From Longimicrobiales bacterium (GTDB taxonomy: Bacteria; Gemmatimonadota; Gemmatimonadetes; Longimicrobiales; Gaopeijiaceae), in NCBI GenBank assembly GCA_965197725.1, contig CBDANQ010000009.1:1-25920 (forward strand): DNA of 25,920 bases, read 5' to 3'. A program made the translations under genes and the position numbers. This document shows, piece after piece, positions 7,436 through 14,875 of this stretch (position 1 is the first letter of the stretch; each line of letters starts with the position of its first letter). A model generated the notes under the pieces. That model was not told the origin of the DNA and made no database searches. It saw only the letters and a list, made by a program, of their open reading frames with translations.

Positions 7436-8548
7436 ATGCAACGTCGTGACTTCGTGAAGACAGCCGCGGTGGCTGGCGTCGCTGGCACAAATCCACGGTC
7501 CCTCGATGGCGCGCCCATGGTGCATACGCCGCAGGCGGTGCGCCCGCTGGTCATCTCCGACACTAGCGGTATCCGCTTCAGGAACGGAGGGCCCGTCAGC
7601 GCCGTTGAGAAGGCGTTCCAGATGATCGTCGACGGCGCCGACGTACTCGACGCACTGATCGCTGGCGTGAACATCCCGGAGCTCGACCCGACGGAGACGG
7701 GGATCGGGTACGGGGGACAGCCCAACGCCGACGGCGTCGTCCGACTCGACTCGTGCTGCATGCACGGCCCGAGGAAGCAGGCCGGCGGGGTCGCGGGTCT
7801 CGAGGGTGTGCGCACTCCGTCTCTGGTCGCACAGGCAGTGATGGAGCACACAGACCACCATCTGCTTGTAGGCCAGGGGGCACAGGACTTCGCGCGGATG
7901 ATGGGCTTCGAGATCGAGGACGATTTGAACACGGAGCGCTCGCGGGACCTGTGGCTCGAGTGGAAGCGCCGGATCGACCCCGAGCATTTCCTCGATGCGC
8001 GTCGGCGCGGCCGGGTGGGATACGAGGCCGGGCTGGACATGGTTCGGGAAGGCCTGATCGACGAGAACAGCTTCTGGGGGACGATCAACTGCGACGGGAT
8101 CGGTCCTGGTGGCGACATCTGCGGAGTCACGACCACGAGCGGTCTCGCGTGGAAGATCCCCGGACGGGCGGGGGATTCCCCCATCCTGGGCCCCGGACTC
8201 TACGTGGACGGTGACGTGGGTGCTGCAGGCTCGACCGGCCGCGGTGAAGCGAACCTCTTCAACCTCTCCTCGTTTCTCATCGTAGAGAACATGCGGCGCG
8301 GCATGCATCCCAAGGACGCGGGGATGTCGGCTCTCGAGCGGATACGCGCCAACACGATCGAGGAGCGTCTGCTGAGCGAGCGAAACGAGCCAGCGTTCAA
8401 CGTGCGGTTCTTCGTATTGAACAAGCAGGGCGACTATGCGGGCGTGGCGATGTACGCCTCTGGTGAGGGCATGTATGCCGTGCGCACGGAGAACGGTGCG
8501 GAGGAGTTGCCGCTCGAGGGCCTCCTGGACGGCTCTCCGACGGACTGA
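7436..8548 (+). CDS. Tat-exported N4-(beta-N-acetylglucosaminyl)-L-asparaginase / type-2 asparaginase (Ntn hydrolase)
   Basis: Tat signal MQRRDFVKTAAVAG with RBS GGGAG; ELDP...GYGG.PN.DG...LD.CCM, TDHHLLVG.GA, GTI nucleophile site, TTTSGLAWKIPGRAGDSPI.G.G.Y, TG.GE. Confidence 0.9.
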   Translation: MQRRDFVKTAAVAGVAGTNPRSLDGAPMVHTPQAVRPLVISDTSGIRFRNGGPVSAVEKAFQMIVDGADVLDALIAGVNIPELDPTETGIGYGGQPNADGVVRLDSCCMHGPRKQAGGVAGLEGVRTPSLVAQAVMEHTDHHLLVGQGAQDFARMMGFEIEDDLNTERSRDLWLEWKRRIDPEHFLDARRRGRVGYEAGLDMVREGLIDENSFWGTINCDGIGPGGDICGVTTTSGLAWKIPGRAGDSPILGPGLYVDGDVGAAGSTGRGEANLFNLSSFLIVENMRRGMHPKDAGMSALERIRANTIEERLLSERNEPAFNVRFFVLNKQGDYAGVAMYASGEGMYAVRTENGAEELPLEGLLDGSPTD

Positions 8549-8581
8549 GGCGAGCCCGCAGGCGTCCCGCGCGCATCAATC

Positions 8582-9268
8582 ATGAGCCTACTCTCCAGGT
8601 CACCCCGGTGCCCGCAGTGCTCCACGCGGCTGCACGAGCTTCATCAGGGGGCGTGCCCAGGCTGCGGCCTCGATCTGAATACCCTCGAGGAGGATGGGGG
8701 CCAGCGCGCGACGAGGCTTTCCCACTCCGAGTTGCCGGGAGCCGGCGAGGCCGCGAGGTCCGCCGCTCCACTTCCGCCGGCGGCGTCGGACGTCGGCTCG
8801 CCCTCGGGCTCCGGCGACTGGGGGCGAATTCGCCTTGTCAGGGTCCCCAGGAAGGTCCTGATCCGGGACTTCCTCATCTTTCAGCTCAAGCTCTACCTCG
8901 ATGCCTTCGGCGATCTGATCTTCTCCGTGGCGGGCACCGTCGCCCTCGTGCTCGATTTGATCTTCGGTGGTCGCAGGCCCGGCCGCCTCTTCTACTACGT
9001 GCTGCGGTTGGGCGAGCGGTGGGACCTATGGTTGAGCCTCTATCGCGCAGCGAAGGACGCCGAGATCACGAGCGACGGCTTGTTTGGCGCGAGCCGACGT
9101 GGGGCCGATACGATGCTCGGCAAGCTGGAGGAGATGGTGCGGAAGCAAGACCTCGTCGAGCACCTGGAGAAGATCAAGCCACCCCGAGGGTTCGGCGGAA
9201 GGGATCGCCGGAAAGCGGACGAGGACGCCGCGAAAGAGGGGTGGGACGGGGAGGGGTGGGACGAATGA
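8582..9268 (+). CDS. hypothetical membrane-associated protein with N-terminal zinc ribbon
   Basis: CPQC-x10-CPGC, low-complexity linker, then hydrophobic RDFLIFQLKLYLD...LFYYVLRLGERWDLWLSLY domain. Confidence 0.75.
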   Translation: MSLLSRSPRCPQCSTRLHELHQGACPGCGLDLNTLEEDGGQRATRLSHSELPGAGEAARSAAPLPPAASDVGSPSGSGDWGRIRLVRVPRKVLIRDFLIFQLKLYLDAFGDLIFSVAGTVALVLDLIFGGRRPGRLFYYVLRLGERWDLWLSLYRAAKDAEITSDGLFGASRRGADTMLGKLEEMVRKQDLVEHLEKIKPPRGFGGRDRRKADEDAAKEGWDGEGWDE

Positions 9269-9300
9269 GCCGCAGGAGGTGGGACGGATGAGCCGCAAGA
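9236..9300 (+). repeat. nested short duplications at the junction upstream of pfkA
   Basis: gaggggtgggacg at 9236-9248 and 9251-9263; 23-bp tandem unit 9255-9277 / 9278-9300 with 2 mismatches. Confidence 0.85.
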
Positions 9301-10397
9301 AGCGGCTCGCCATCAACACTGGGGGCGGTGATGCGCCCGGACTCAACGCGGTGATCCGGTCCGTAGTGCTCTCCGCCGTCAACCGGGGCTGGGAGGTGTT
9401 CGGGATCCGCCGGGGGTACGAGGGACCGTTCGAAGAGGACGGCGTGCTGCCGATGGATCACAGGTCCGTGAGCGGCATTACGCACCTCGGTGGGACGGTG
9501 CTGGGCACGACCAACCGCGGCAACCCACTCGAGTATCCGGTCACGCTAGAGGACGGAACCACGACGACGGTCGACCGCACACTCGAAATCCTCGAGCAGT
9601 TCGACCGCCGCAAGCTCGACGCGCTGATCGCCATCGGCGGCGACGGATCGCTGCGCATCGCGTCCCACCTCTCGGAACATGGGCTCCCCGTCATCGGTGT
9701 CCCGAAGACGATCGACAACGACCTCGCCGCCACCGAGGTGACGTTCGGGTTCCACACGGCCGTACAGACCGCTTCGGACGCGATCGACAAGCTTCACTCG
9801 ACCGCGGAGTCGCACCGCCGCGTGATGGTGGTCGAAGTGATGGGGCGTGACACCGGATGGATCGCGCTCTTCGCTGGCGTGTCCGGCACAGCCGACGTGA
9901 TCTTGATCCCGGAGATCCCCTTCGCGATGGAGTCCGTCTGCCAGAAGATCGAGCAGCGCTACACCGACGGACCGCAGTTCGCCGTCGTGGTGGTCGCGGA
10001 GGGCGCGAAGGCCTTGGGCGGTGAAGCCGTGTTTCAGGAGGCCGAGTCCGCCGGCGGGGCGGCACGCTATGGTGGAATCGGCGAGCAGGTGGCGGGTGCG
10101 ATCAGTAAGCAGACGGGCCGGGAGACCCGGGAGATCACCCTTGGCTACCTCCAACGAGGCGGCCAGCCCACCGCGTACGACCGGCTGCTCGCCTTGCGCT
10201 TCGGGGCGGCGGCGGTCGGGCTCGCTGAGGCGGAGGATTTCGGATGCATGGTCGCCCTCCGTCCGCCCGCCATCCTTGGAGTCCCGTTGCGCGAGGGCGT
10301 GGAACGCATCAAGACGGTTCCGCTGGACGGTGACGTCGTGCGGACGGCCCGGGGCCTGGGGATCAGCTTCGGGGACACGATCGAGGCGAATGCATGA
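9288..10397 (+). CDS. pfkA: 6-phosphofructokinase (group III-type, probably ATP-dependent)
   Basis: TGGGDAPGLNAVIR, GGTVLGTTNR, IGGDGS, VPKTIDND, TAESH.RVMVVEVMGR, LG..QRGG.P; RBS GGAGGT before ATG 9288. Confidence 0.95.
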   Translation: MSRKKRLAINTGGGDAPGLNAVIRSVVLSAVNRGWEVFGIRRGYEGPFEEDGVLPMDHRSVSGITHLGGTVLGTTNRGNPLEYPVTLEDGTTTTVDRTLEILEQFDRRKLDALIAIGGDGSLRIASHLSEHGLPVIGVPKTIDNDLAATEVTFGFHTAVQTASDAIDKLHSTAESHRRVMVVEVMGRDTGWIALFAGVSGTADVILIPEIPFAMESVCQKIEQRYTDGPQFAVVVVAEGAKALGGEAVFQEAESAGGAARYGGIGEQVAGAISKQTGRETREITLGYLQRGGQPTAYDRLLALRFGAAAVGLAEAEDFGCMVALRPPAILGVPLREGVERIKTVPLDGDVVRTARGLGISFGDTIEANA

Positions 10398-11464
10398 GCG
10401 GGGCGACGATGGAGGGAGATCCGATCGGTACTATCGGTGGCCCGGACGTCTGGTACGGAGCCGACTTGAGTGATTCCCTCGATTGGGTTCGTGAGGTGAG
10501 CGAAATGGAGGTGGACGAGATCCACCGTGCCGTCGATTCGGTCCAGAGCGCGGGCCTCGACATCGCGAACATCGCGCGCGCCGACTTCCCGCTGCCGACG
10601 CTCGGCCCGGCGCTCCAGCGCATCCGTGAGGATCTCCTCAGAGGTCGGGGCTTCGTGCTCTTCCGCGGGCTGCCGGTCGAGGGACGCCCGATCGAGGAGA
10701 TCGCGATCGCTTTCTGGGGGGTCGGCACGCACATCGGAGAGGCCGTGGCCCAGAATGCCAAGGGACACCTGCTGGGTCACGTAAAGGATATCGGTCATGA
10801 TGCCAACAACCCCCTGCACCGGCTCTACGCGACCCGGGCTCGCCACCGCTTCCACACCGACTCCTGCGACGTGGTCGGTCTGCTCTGCGTTCGTCCGGCC
10901 AAGGAGGGGGGGCTGAGTAGCATCGCGAGCTCGGTGACCATCCAGAACGAGATGCACCGGCAGAGGCCGGACCTCGCTCGGCTCCTGTCCGAGCCGCTAT
11001 ATGTGGACCGGAAGGGAGAAGTCCCCGAGGGGAAGGGCCCGTACTACCGCATGCCGGTCTTCAACTACCATGAGGGCCGGCTCACCACGTACTACGCGAG
11101 GGATTTCTTCGAGGGCGCTCAACGCCACGACGGAGTCCCACGGCTCTCCCAGGCGCACAGCGAGGCGATGGACCTGCTGGAGGAGCTCGCCGCGCGGGGC
11201 GACATTCGCCTCGACATGGAGCTGGCACCGGGCGACATGCAGTTCGTGCACAATCACCAGATCCTGCATTCACGCACCGAGTACGAGGATCACCCGGAAC
11301 CCGACAGAAAGCGTCATCTGTTGCGCCTTTGGCTCTCGGCCCGCGACGGCCGGGAATTGCCTCCGGTGTTCGCCGAACGCTACGGCAACATCGCCGTCGG
11401 ATCGCTGAGAGGCGGGATCGTCGTCCCTGGAGCGAAGCTCCATGCGCCCCTCACCGCGGACTAG
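10394..11464 (+). CDS. TauD/TfdA family Fe(II)/2-oxoglutarate dioxygenase
   Basis: FHTD facial-triad motif, VVGLLC...GG.S...SS, GDMQFVHNH.ILHSRT, RHLLRLWL; ATGA-coupled to pfkA. Confidence 0.9.
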   Translation: MSGATMEGDPIGTIGGPDVWYGADLSDSLDWVREVSEMEVDEIHRAVDSVQSAGLDIANIARADFPLPTLGPALQRIREDLLRGRGFVLFRGLPVEGRPIEEIAIAFWGVGTHIGEAVAQNAKGHLLGHVKDIGHDANNPLHRLYATRARHRFHTDSCDVVGLLCVRPAKEGGLSSIASSVTIQNEMHRQRPDLARLLSEPLYVDRKGEVPEGKGPYYRMPVFNYHEGRLTTYYARDFFEGAQRHDGVPRLSQAHSEAMDLLEELAARGDIRLDMELAPGDMQFVHNHQILHSRTEYEDHPEPDRKRHLLRLWLSARDGRELPPVFAERYGNIAVGSLRGGIVVPGAKLHAPLTAD

Positions 11465-11498
11465 CCGCTCCAGCCCAGGATTCCCTCACTTCGGAGGC

Positions 11499-11630
11499 AT
11501 GGAAACGACCAGAGGCAAAGCTTTCTTGACCATTCTCGTGTGCGCACTCCCATCTTCTGCCACGGCCGCCCAGCTCACGGCTGTCGCCGAGCCGGAAGTC
11601 GCCCGTGCGCACGCGTTCGAGCTCTCGTGA
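11499..11630 (+). pseudogene. short signal-peptide-bearing ORF, likely gene remnant or small secreted peptide
   Basis: GGAGG then ATG; METTRGKAFLTILVCALPSSATAAQ looks like a Sec signal; stops after 43 aa. Confidence 0.4.
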
Positions 11631-11864
11631 ACATGATGCGGGGGACCCGGGGGACGCCGGGATTCGGTCGGGAGAGTCGTGGAGCCAGCGTCGCGATTCA
11701 GAAGTTCGCTCCTTGGGGAGAGGCCGGAGGCTAGGGAACGGCGGTTGTAGGGAGGCAATCGAGACAGCTATTCTTGTGCGATCCGTATGAAGCTTCGCAC
11801 GACCAGGGCGCCTCGCTTTGGCTGGGCGGACCATCCGTACCTCGAACCTCAGGAGCCAGTGAAC

Positions 11865-12398
11865 ATGAGAAAGCATTCCGTAGCAGGGGCCCTCACGGTG
11901 TTGGCCGCTTTCGCGATCGCGCCGGCCGGCGTGACGGCACAGGGGCCGGTCACCGGCTCCCTCAAAGGGCTTCACGACATCACGGCGGGCAACGTCAGTG
12001 CGACGGCTGGGAAGGTGCCCGCCAACCTGTACGGGTATCAGCCCACGGACGAGGTCCGGACGATGGGCCAGATTCTCGCTCACGTCGCCAACTCGCAGTA
12101 CCAGTTCTGTTCGGCGGCATCGGGTCGGCAGAGCCCGATGACGGAGAACCTCGAGGAAACCGCCACCACGAAGGCCCAGATCACGGTCGCGCTCACAGAC
12201 GCGTTCGCCTTCTGCAACGAGGTGTATGCCTCCATGTCCGACGCGGACGGCGCGAAGATGGTGGACTTTTTCGGGAACCAGATGGCTGCCTCGGCCGTGC
12301 TCGCCTTCAACTCCGCGCATAACTACGAGCACTATGGCAACCTCGTCACCTACATGCGCATCAACGGGATCGTGCCGCCGTCCTCAGCGGGCAACTGA
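11865..12398 (+). CDS. exported DinB-family protein
   Basis: Signal peptide MRKHSVAGALTVLAAFAIAPAGVTAQ; Y.PT.EVRT.GQ...HVA, H..EHYGNLVTYMR.NGIVPPSS (DinB His triad); AGGAG RBS. Confidence 0.9.
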   Translation: MRKHSVAGALTVLAAFAIAPAGVTAQGPVTGSLKGLHDITAGNVSATAGKVPANLYGYQPTDEVRTMGQILAHVANSQYQFCSAASGRQSPMTENLEETATTKAQITVALTDAFAFCNEVYASMSDADGAKMVDFFGNQMAASAVLAFNSAHNYEHYGNLVTYMRINGIVPPSSAGN

Positions 12399-12486
12399 TT
12401 CGAGTTGGATCGCGACGGCGTGCGATCCTGACCGTCGGGTGTCGAGACGGGATGGATCGGTACGATCCCGGAGCACAGTGAGAAGA

Positions 12487-12518
12487 GAGAGGGCCGCTCC
12501 CGAAGGAGCGGCCCTCTC
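12487..12518 (-). terminator. rho-independent terminator (perfect 14-bp stem, TTCG loop)
   Basis: GAGAGGGCCGCTCC-ttcg-GGAGCGGCCCTCTC followed by TCTTCT on the minus strand; lies between the convergent DinB and DoxX genes. Confidence 0.8.
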
Positions 12519-12588
12519 GGCGTTGTGGCGCCGGGCCCGGGGTTCCCGGCAGAGCCGGGGTTCCCGGCCCAGATCCGCTAGTCGCGGC

Positions 12589-12957
12589 CTAGGCTGCGGC
12601 AAGCGAAGGCGCGCCTCTCGTCTTCAATGCAACGAACGACGCGAGCGCGAGCGCAACGATCGGAGTGACAACCATGTCCGACTGGCCCGCACGCAACAAT
12701 GTGAAGATCGCACCGAGCATCACCACCAAGATCGCGAACGCACCGTAGAAGTGGGTCGTACCCTTCAGGAGCGCGACCGCCGCTCCTGCCTCGACCGCAC
12801 CGACGAGGATGTGGAACCATCGCGGATATCCCCAGCTGGCGAAGTCCTCGACCATCAGCACCCCGAACAGCTTCGTGATTCCCATGAGGAGAAACCAAAG
12901 AGCGAGGAGCCCCGCCACGATCATGATCGCTTTGCCTTTGGTACCGTCGCCAGCCAT
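12589..12957 (-). CDS. DoxX-family membrane protein
   Basis: FLLMGITKL.G...F..WGYPRWF..LVG.VE, M.GAI.T; about four TMs; AAGGAG RBS before ATG 12957. Confidence 0.85.
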   Translation of the reverse strand: MAGDGTKGKAIMIVAGLLALWFLLMGITKLFGVLMVEDFASWGYPRWFHILVGAVEAGAAVALLKGTTHFYGAFAILVVMLGAIFTLLRAGQSDMVVTPIVALALASFVALKTRGAPSLAAA

Positions 12958-12995
12958 TCGACGCTCCTTGTCCGGTTTCGTGAGGGCGGTGCCCT

Positions 12996-14693
12996 TCAGG
13001 CGGGTTGGGGCCTTCCTCCCCGCCCACCGGTAGCCGCGCTCACCGCGCTTCCGACCGCCAGAACCGCGACTGTCCCCACCACGTTGTAATAGAGGTATGA
13101 AATATCGGTCGTCACGGACACGACCGCGACGGACGCCATCCCGGCCCAGAGGCCCACGAAGGCCCCAGTGCCGTTGGCGCCCTTGACGAGGAACGCGAGG
13201 AGGAAGACGCCGAGCAGAGAGCCGTAGAAGAAGGAGCCGACCTGGTTGACGGCCTCGATGAGGGAGCCGAGCTGCCCCGCGTACAGGGCAATCACGCACG
13301 AGAAGAGTCCCCAAAACAGGGTAGCCGCCCGCGACACCCGCAGGTAGTGCCCGTCCGACGCCTCCTTCTTGAACCAGCGCTTGTAGAAGTCGATGACGGT
13401 CGCGCTCGAGAGTGCCGTCAGCTCCGAGTCCAGCGACGACATGGCTGCGGCGAATATCACGGCGATCATGAGTCCGAGGAGCCCGGCGGGGACGTAGTTG
13501 ATGAGGTACGAGGGGAATACGTAATTCACGTCGTTGGACGACGAGCCGCGCACCTCGGAGATGATCTCCTTCGACCGGTCACGCAGGTCCGCCATCCCGT
13601 CGTCGTAGCCCCGGATCTGGCCTTGCAGGGCGGTGAGGTCTCGACCGGCGTCACGGGCGGCGAGCAGCTCCAGCGTCGCCTCTCGCCGCTGACCGTGAAG
13701 GGCTCCGTGTTCCGCTTCAAGACGCCGGAATTCGTCGCCGCGCTCGCTCTGCTGGACGAGCGCCACCTCGGCCGAGTTGAAAACGATCGGCGGCTGTTCG
13801 AAGTGGTAGAAGACGAACAGGAGGACCCCGATGGACAGGATCATGAACTGCATCGGGACCTTGACGAACGCGTTGAAGATCAGCGAAAGGCGGCTTTGCT
13901 TCAGCGAGCTCGCCGTGAGATAGCGTTGAACTTGGCTTTGGTCGGTCCCGAAGTAGGCCAGAGCGAGGAAGAACCCGCCGATCATGCCAGTCCATATCGA
14001 GTAGGTGTTCGTGGGATCGAAATCGAGGTCGATGCTCGACCACATCTCCTGGATCCCGCCGATGTACACGACGTCGCCGACACCCACCTCGGCCGGGAGG
14101 GTCCCGAAAAGAACGGCGATGGCGGCTCCAATACCGACGAACATCATCAGCATCTGTATGACATCGGTCCAGATCACGGCCGTGATGCCGCCCACCATCG
14201 TGTAGAGGATGGTGATGGCCCCCATGATCAGGATCGTGACCGTCTCGTCCCAACCCATGATCACAGAGAGAACGATGGCGGGCGCATACAGAACCAGCCC
14301 CGCCGCCATGCCTCGCGAGACGAGAAAGAGAAAGCTCGTGAGAGAGCGTGTCTTGGGGTCGAAGCGCGTTTCCAGATACTCGTACGCCGTGTAGAGCTTC
14401 GCGCGGTAGAAGAAGGGCACGAACAGCGCACACAGCAGGACCATTACGAGCGGCTGGGGCAGATAGACCTGGATGAACTCCATCCCGTCGTCGAACGACT
14501 GCCCCGTGGTCCCGATGAAGGTTATGGCGCTCGCCTGGGTTGCCATGACCGACAGCCCGATGGCGCCCCACGGGAGCCGTCGGTTGGCCAGGAAATACCC
14601 TTCCACGCCGACGTTCTTGCGGCTCTGGTACAAGGCGAGCCCGACCACGCCACCGAAGTAGACAGCGAAGACCAACCAGTCGGCAGCCGTCAT
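12996..14693 (-). CDS. sodium:solute symporter (SSS/SLC5 family)
   Basis: YFLA.R.LPW..IGLS.MATQASAITF, YEYLE.RF, GG..AV.WTD..Q, GTDQSQVQRYL, FAAAMSS. Confidence 0.95.
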   Translation of the reverse strand: MTAADWLVFAVYFGGVVGLALYQSRKNVGVEGYFLANRRLPWGAIGLSVMATQASAITFIGTTGQSFDDGMEFIQVYLPQPLVMVLLCALFVPFFYRAKLYTAYEYLETRFDPKTRSLTSFLFLVSRGMAAGLVLYAPAIVLSVIMGWDETVTILIMGAITILYTMVGGITAVIWTDVIQMLMMFVGIGAAIAVLFGTLPAEVGVGDVVYIGGIQEMWSSIDLDFDPTNTYSIWTGMIGGFFLALAYFGTDQSQVQRYLTASSLKQSRLSLIFNAFVKVPMQFMILSIGVLLFVFYHFEQPPIVFNSAEVALVQQSERGDEFRRLEAEHGALHGQRREATLELLAARDAGRDLTALQGQIRGYDDGMADLRDRSKEIISEVRGSSSNDVNYVFPSYLINYVPAGLLGLMIAVIFAAAMSSLDSELTALSSATVIDFYKRWFKKEASDGHYLRVSRAATLFWGLFSCVIALYAGQLGSLIEAVNQVGSFFYGSLLGVFLLAFLVKGANGTGAFVGLWAGMASVAVVSVTTDISYLYYNVVGTVAVLAVGSAVSAATGGRGGRPQPA

Positions 14694-14839
14694 TGGGCGC
14701 TGAAGTCCAACACGACGGTGAAGACGTACAGCAGCACGATGAGTGCTGCCGTGTAGGCGACGACCGTTGCGTAGAGGGCGGCCCAGCTAGGAAAGATGCC
14801 GATCCGGCCCTTTTCGTCCTCGGGATCCGTGTCGTTCAT
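14690..14839 (-). CDS. small single-TM membrane protein (49 aa) upstream of SSS
   Basis: MNDTDPEDEKGRIGIFPSWAALYATVVAYTAALIVLLYVFTVVLDFSAQ; TGA overlaps SSS ATG; below the ORF-track length cutoff. Confidence 0.8.
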   Translation of the reverse strand: MNDTDPEDEKGRIGIFPSWAALYATVVAYTAALIVLLYVFTVVLDFSAQ

Positions 14840-14875
14840 CGGGAAGTCAGGAATCGCACGCGGTTGGCGCGACGA

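Noticed and set aside
6782..8548. 588-aa ORF as a peptidase-asparaginase fusion
   Set aside because: The N-part is a pseudogene fragment followed by out-of-frame junk; the real gene starts at ATG 7436 with an RBS and Tat signal
11745..11774. TTGTAG-N18-TATTCT as DinB promoter
   Set aside because: Weak match; plausible but unsupported
13347..14756. 469-aa plus-strand ORF and similar long antisense ORFs (4460-5323, 6946-8184, 16844-17749, 20207-21133)
   Set aside because: Shadow ORFs opposite well-supported genes, expected in high-GC DNA; no motifs
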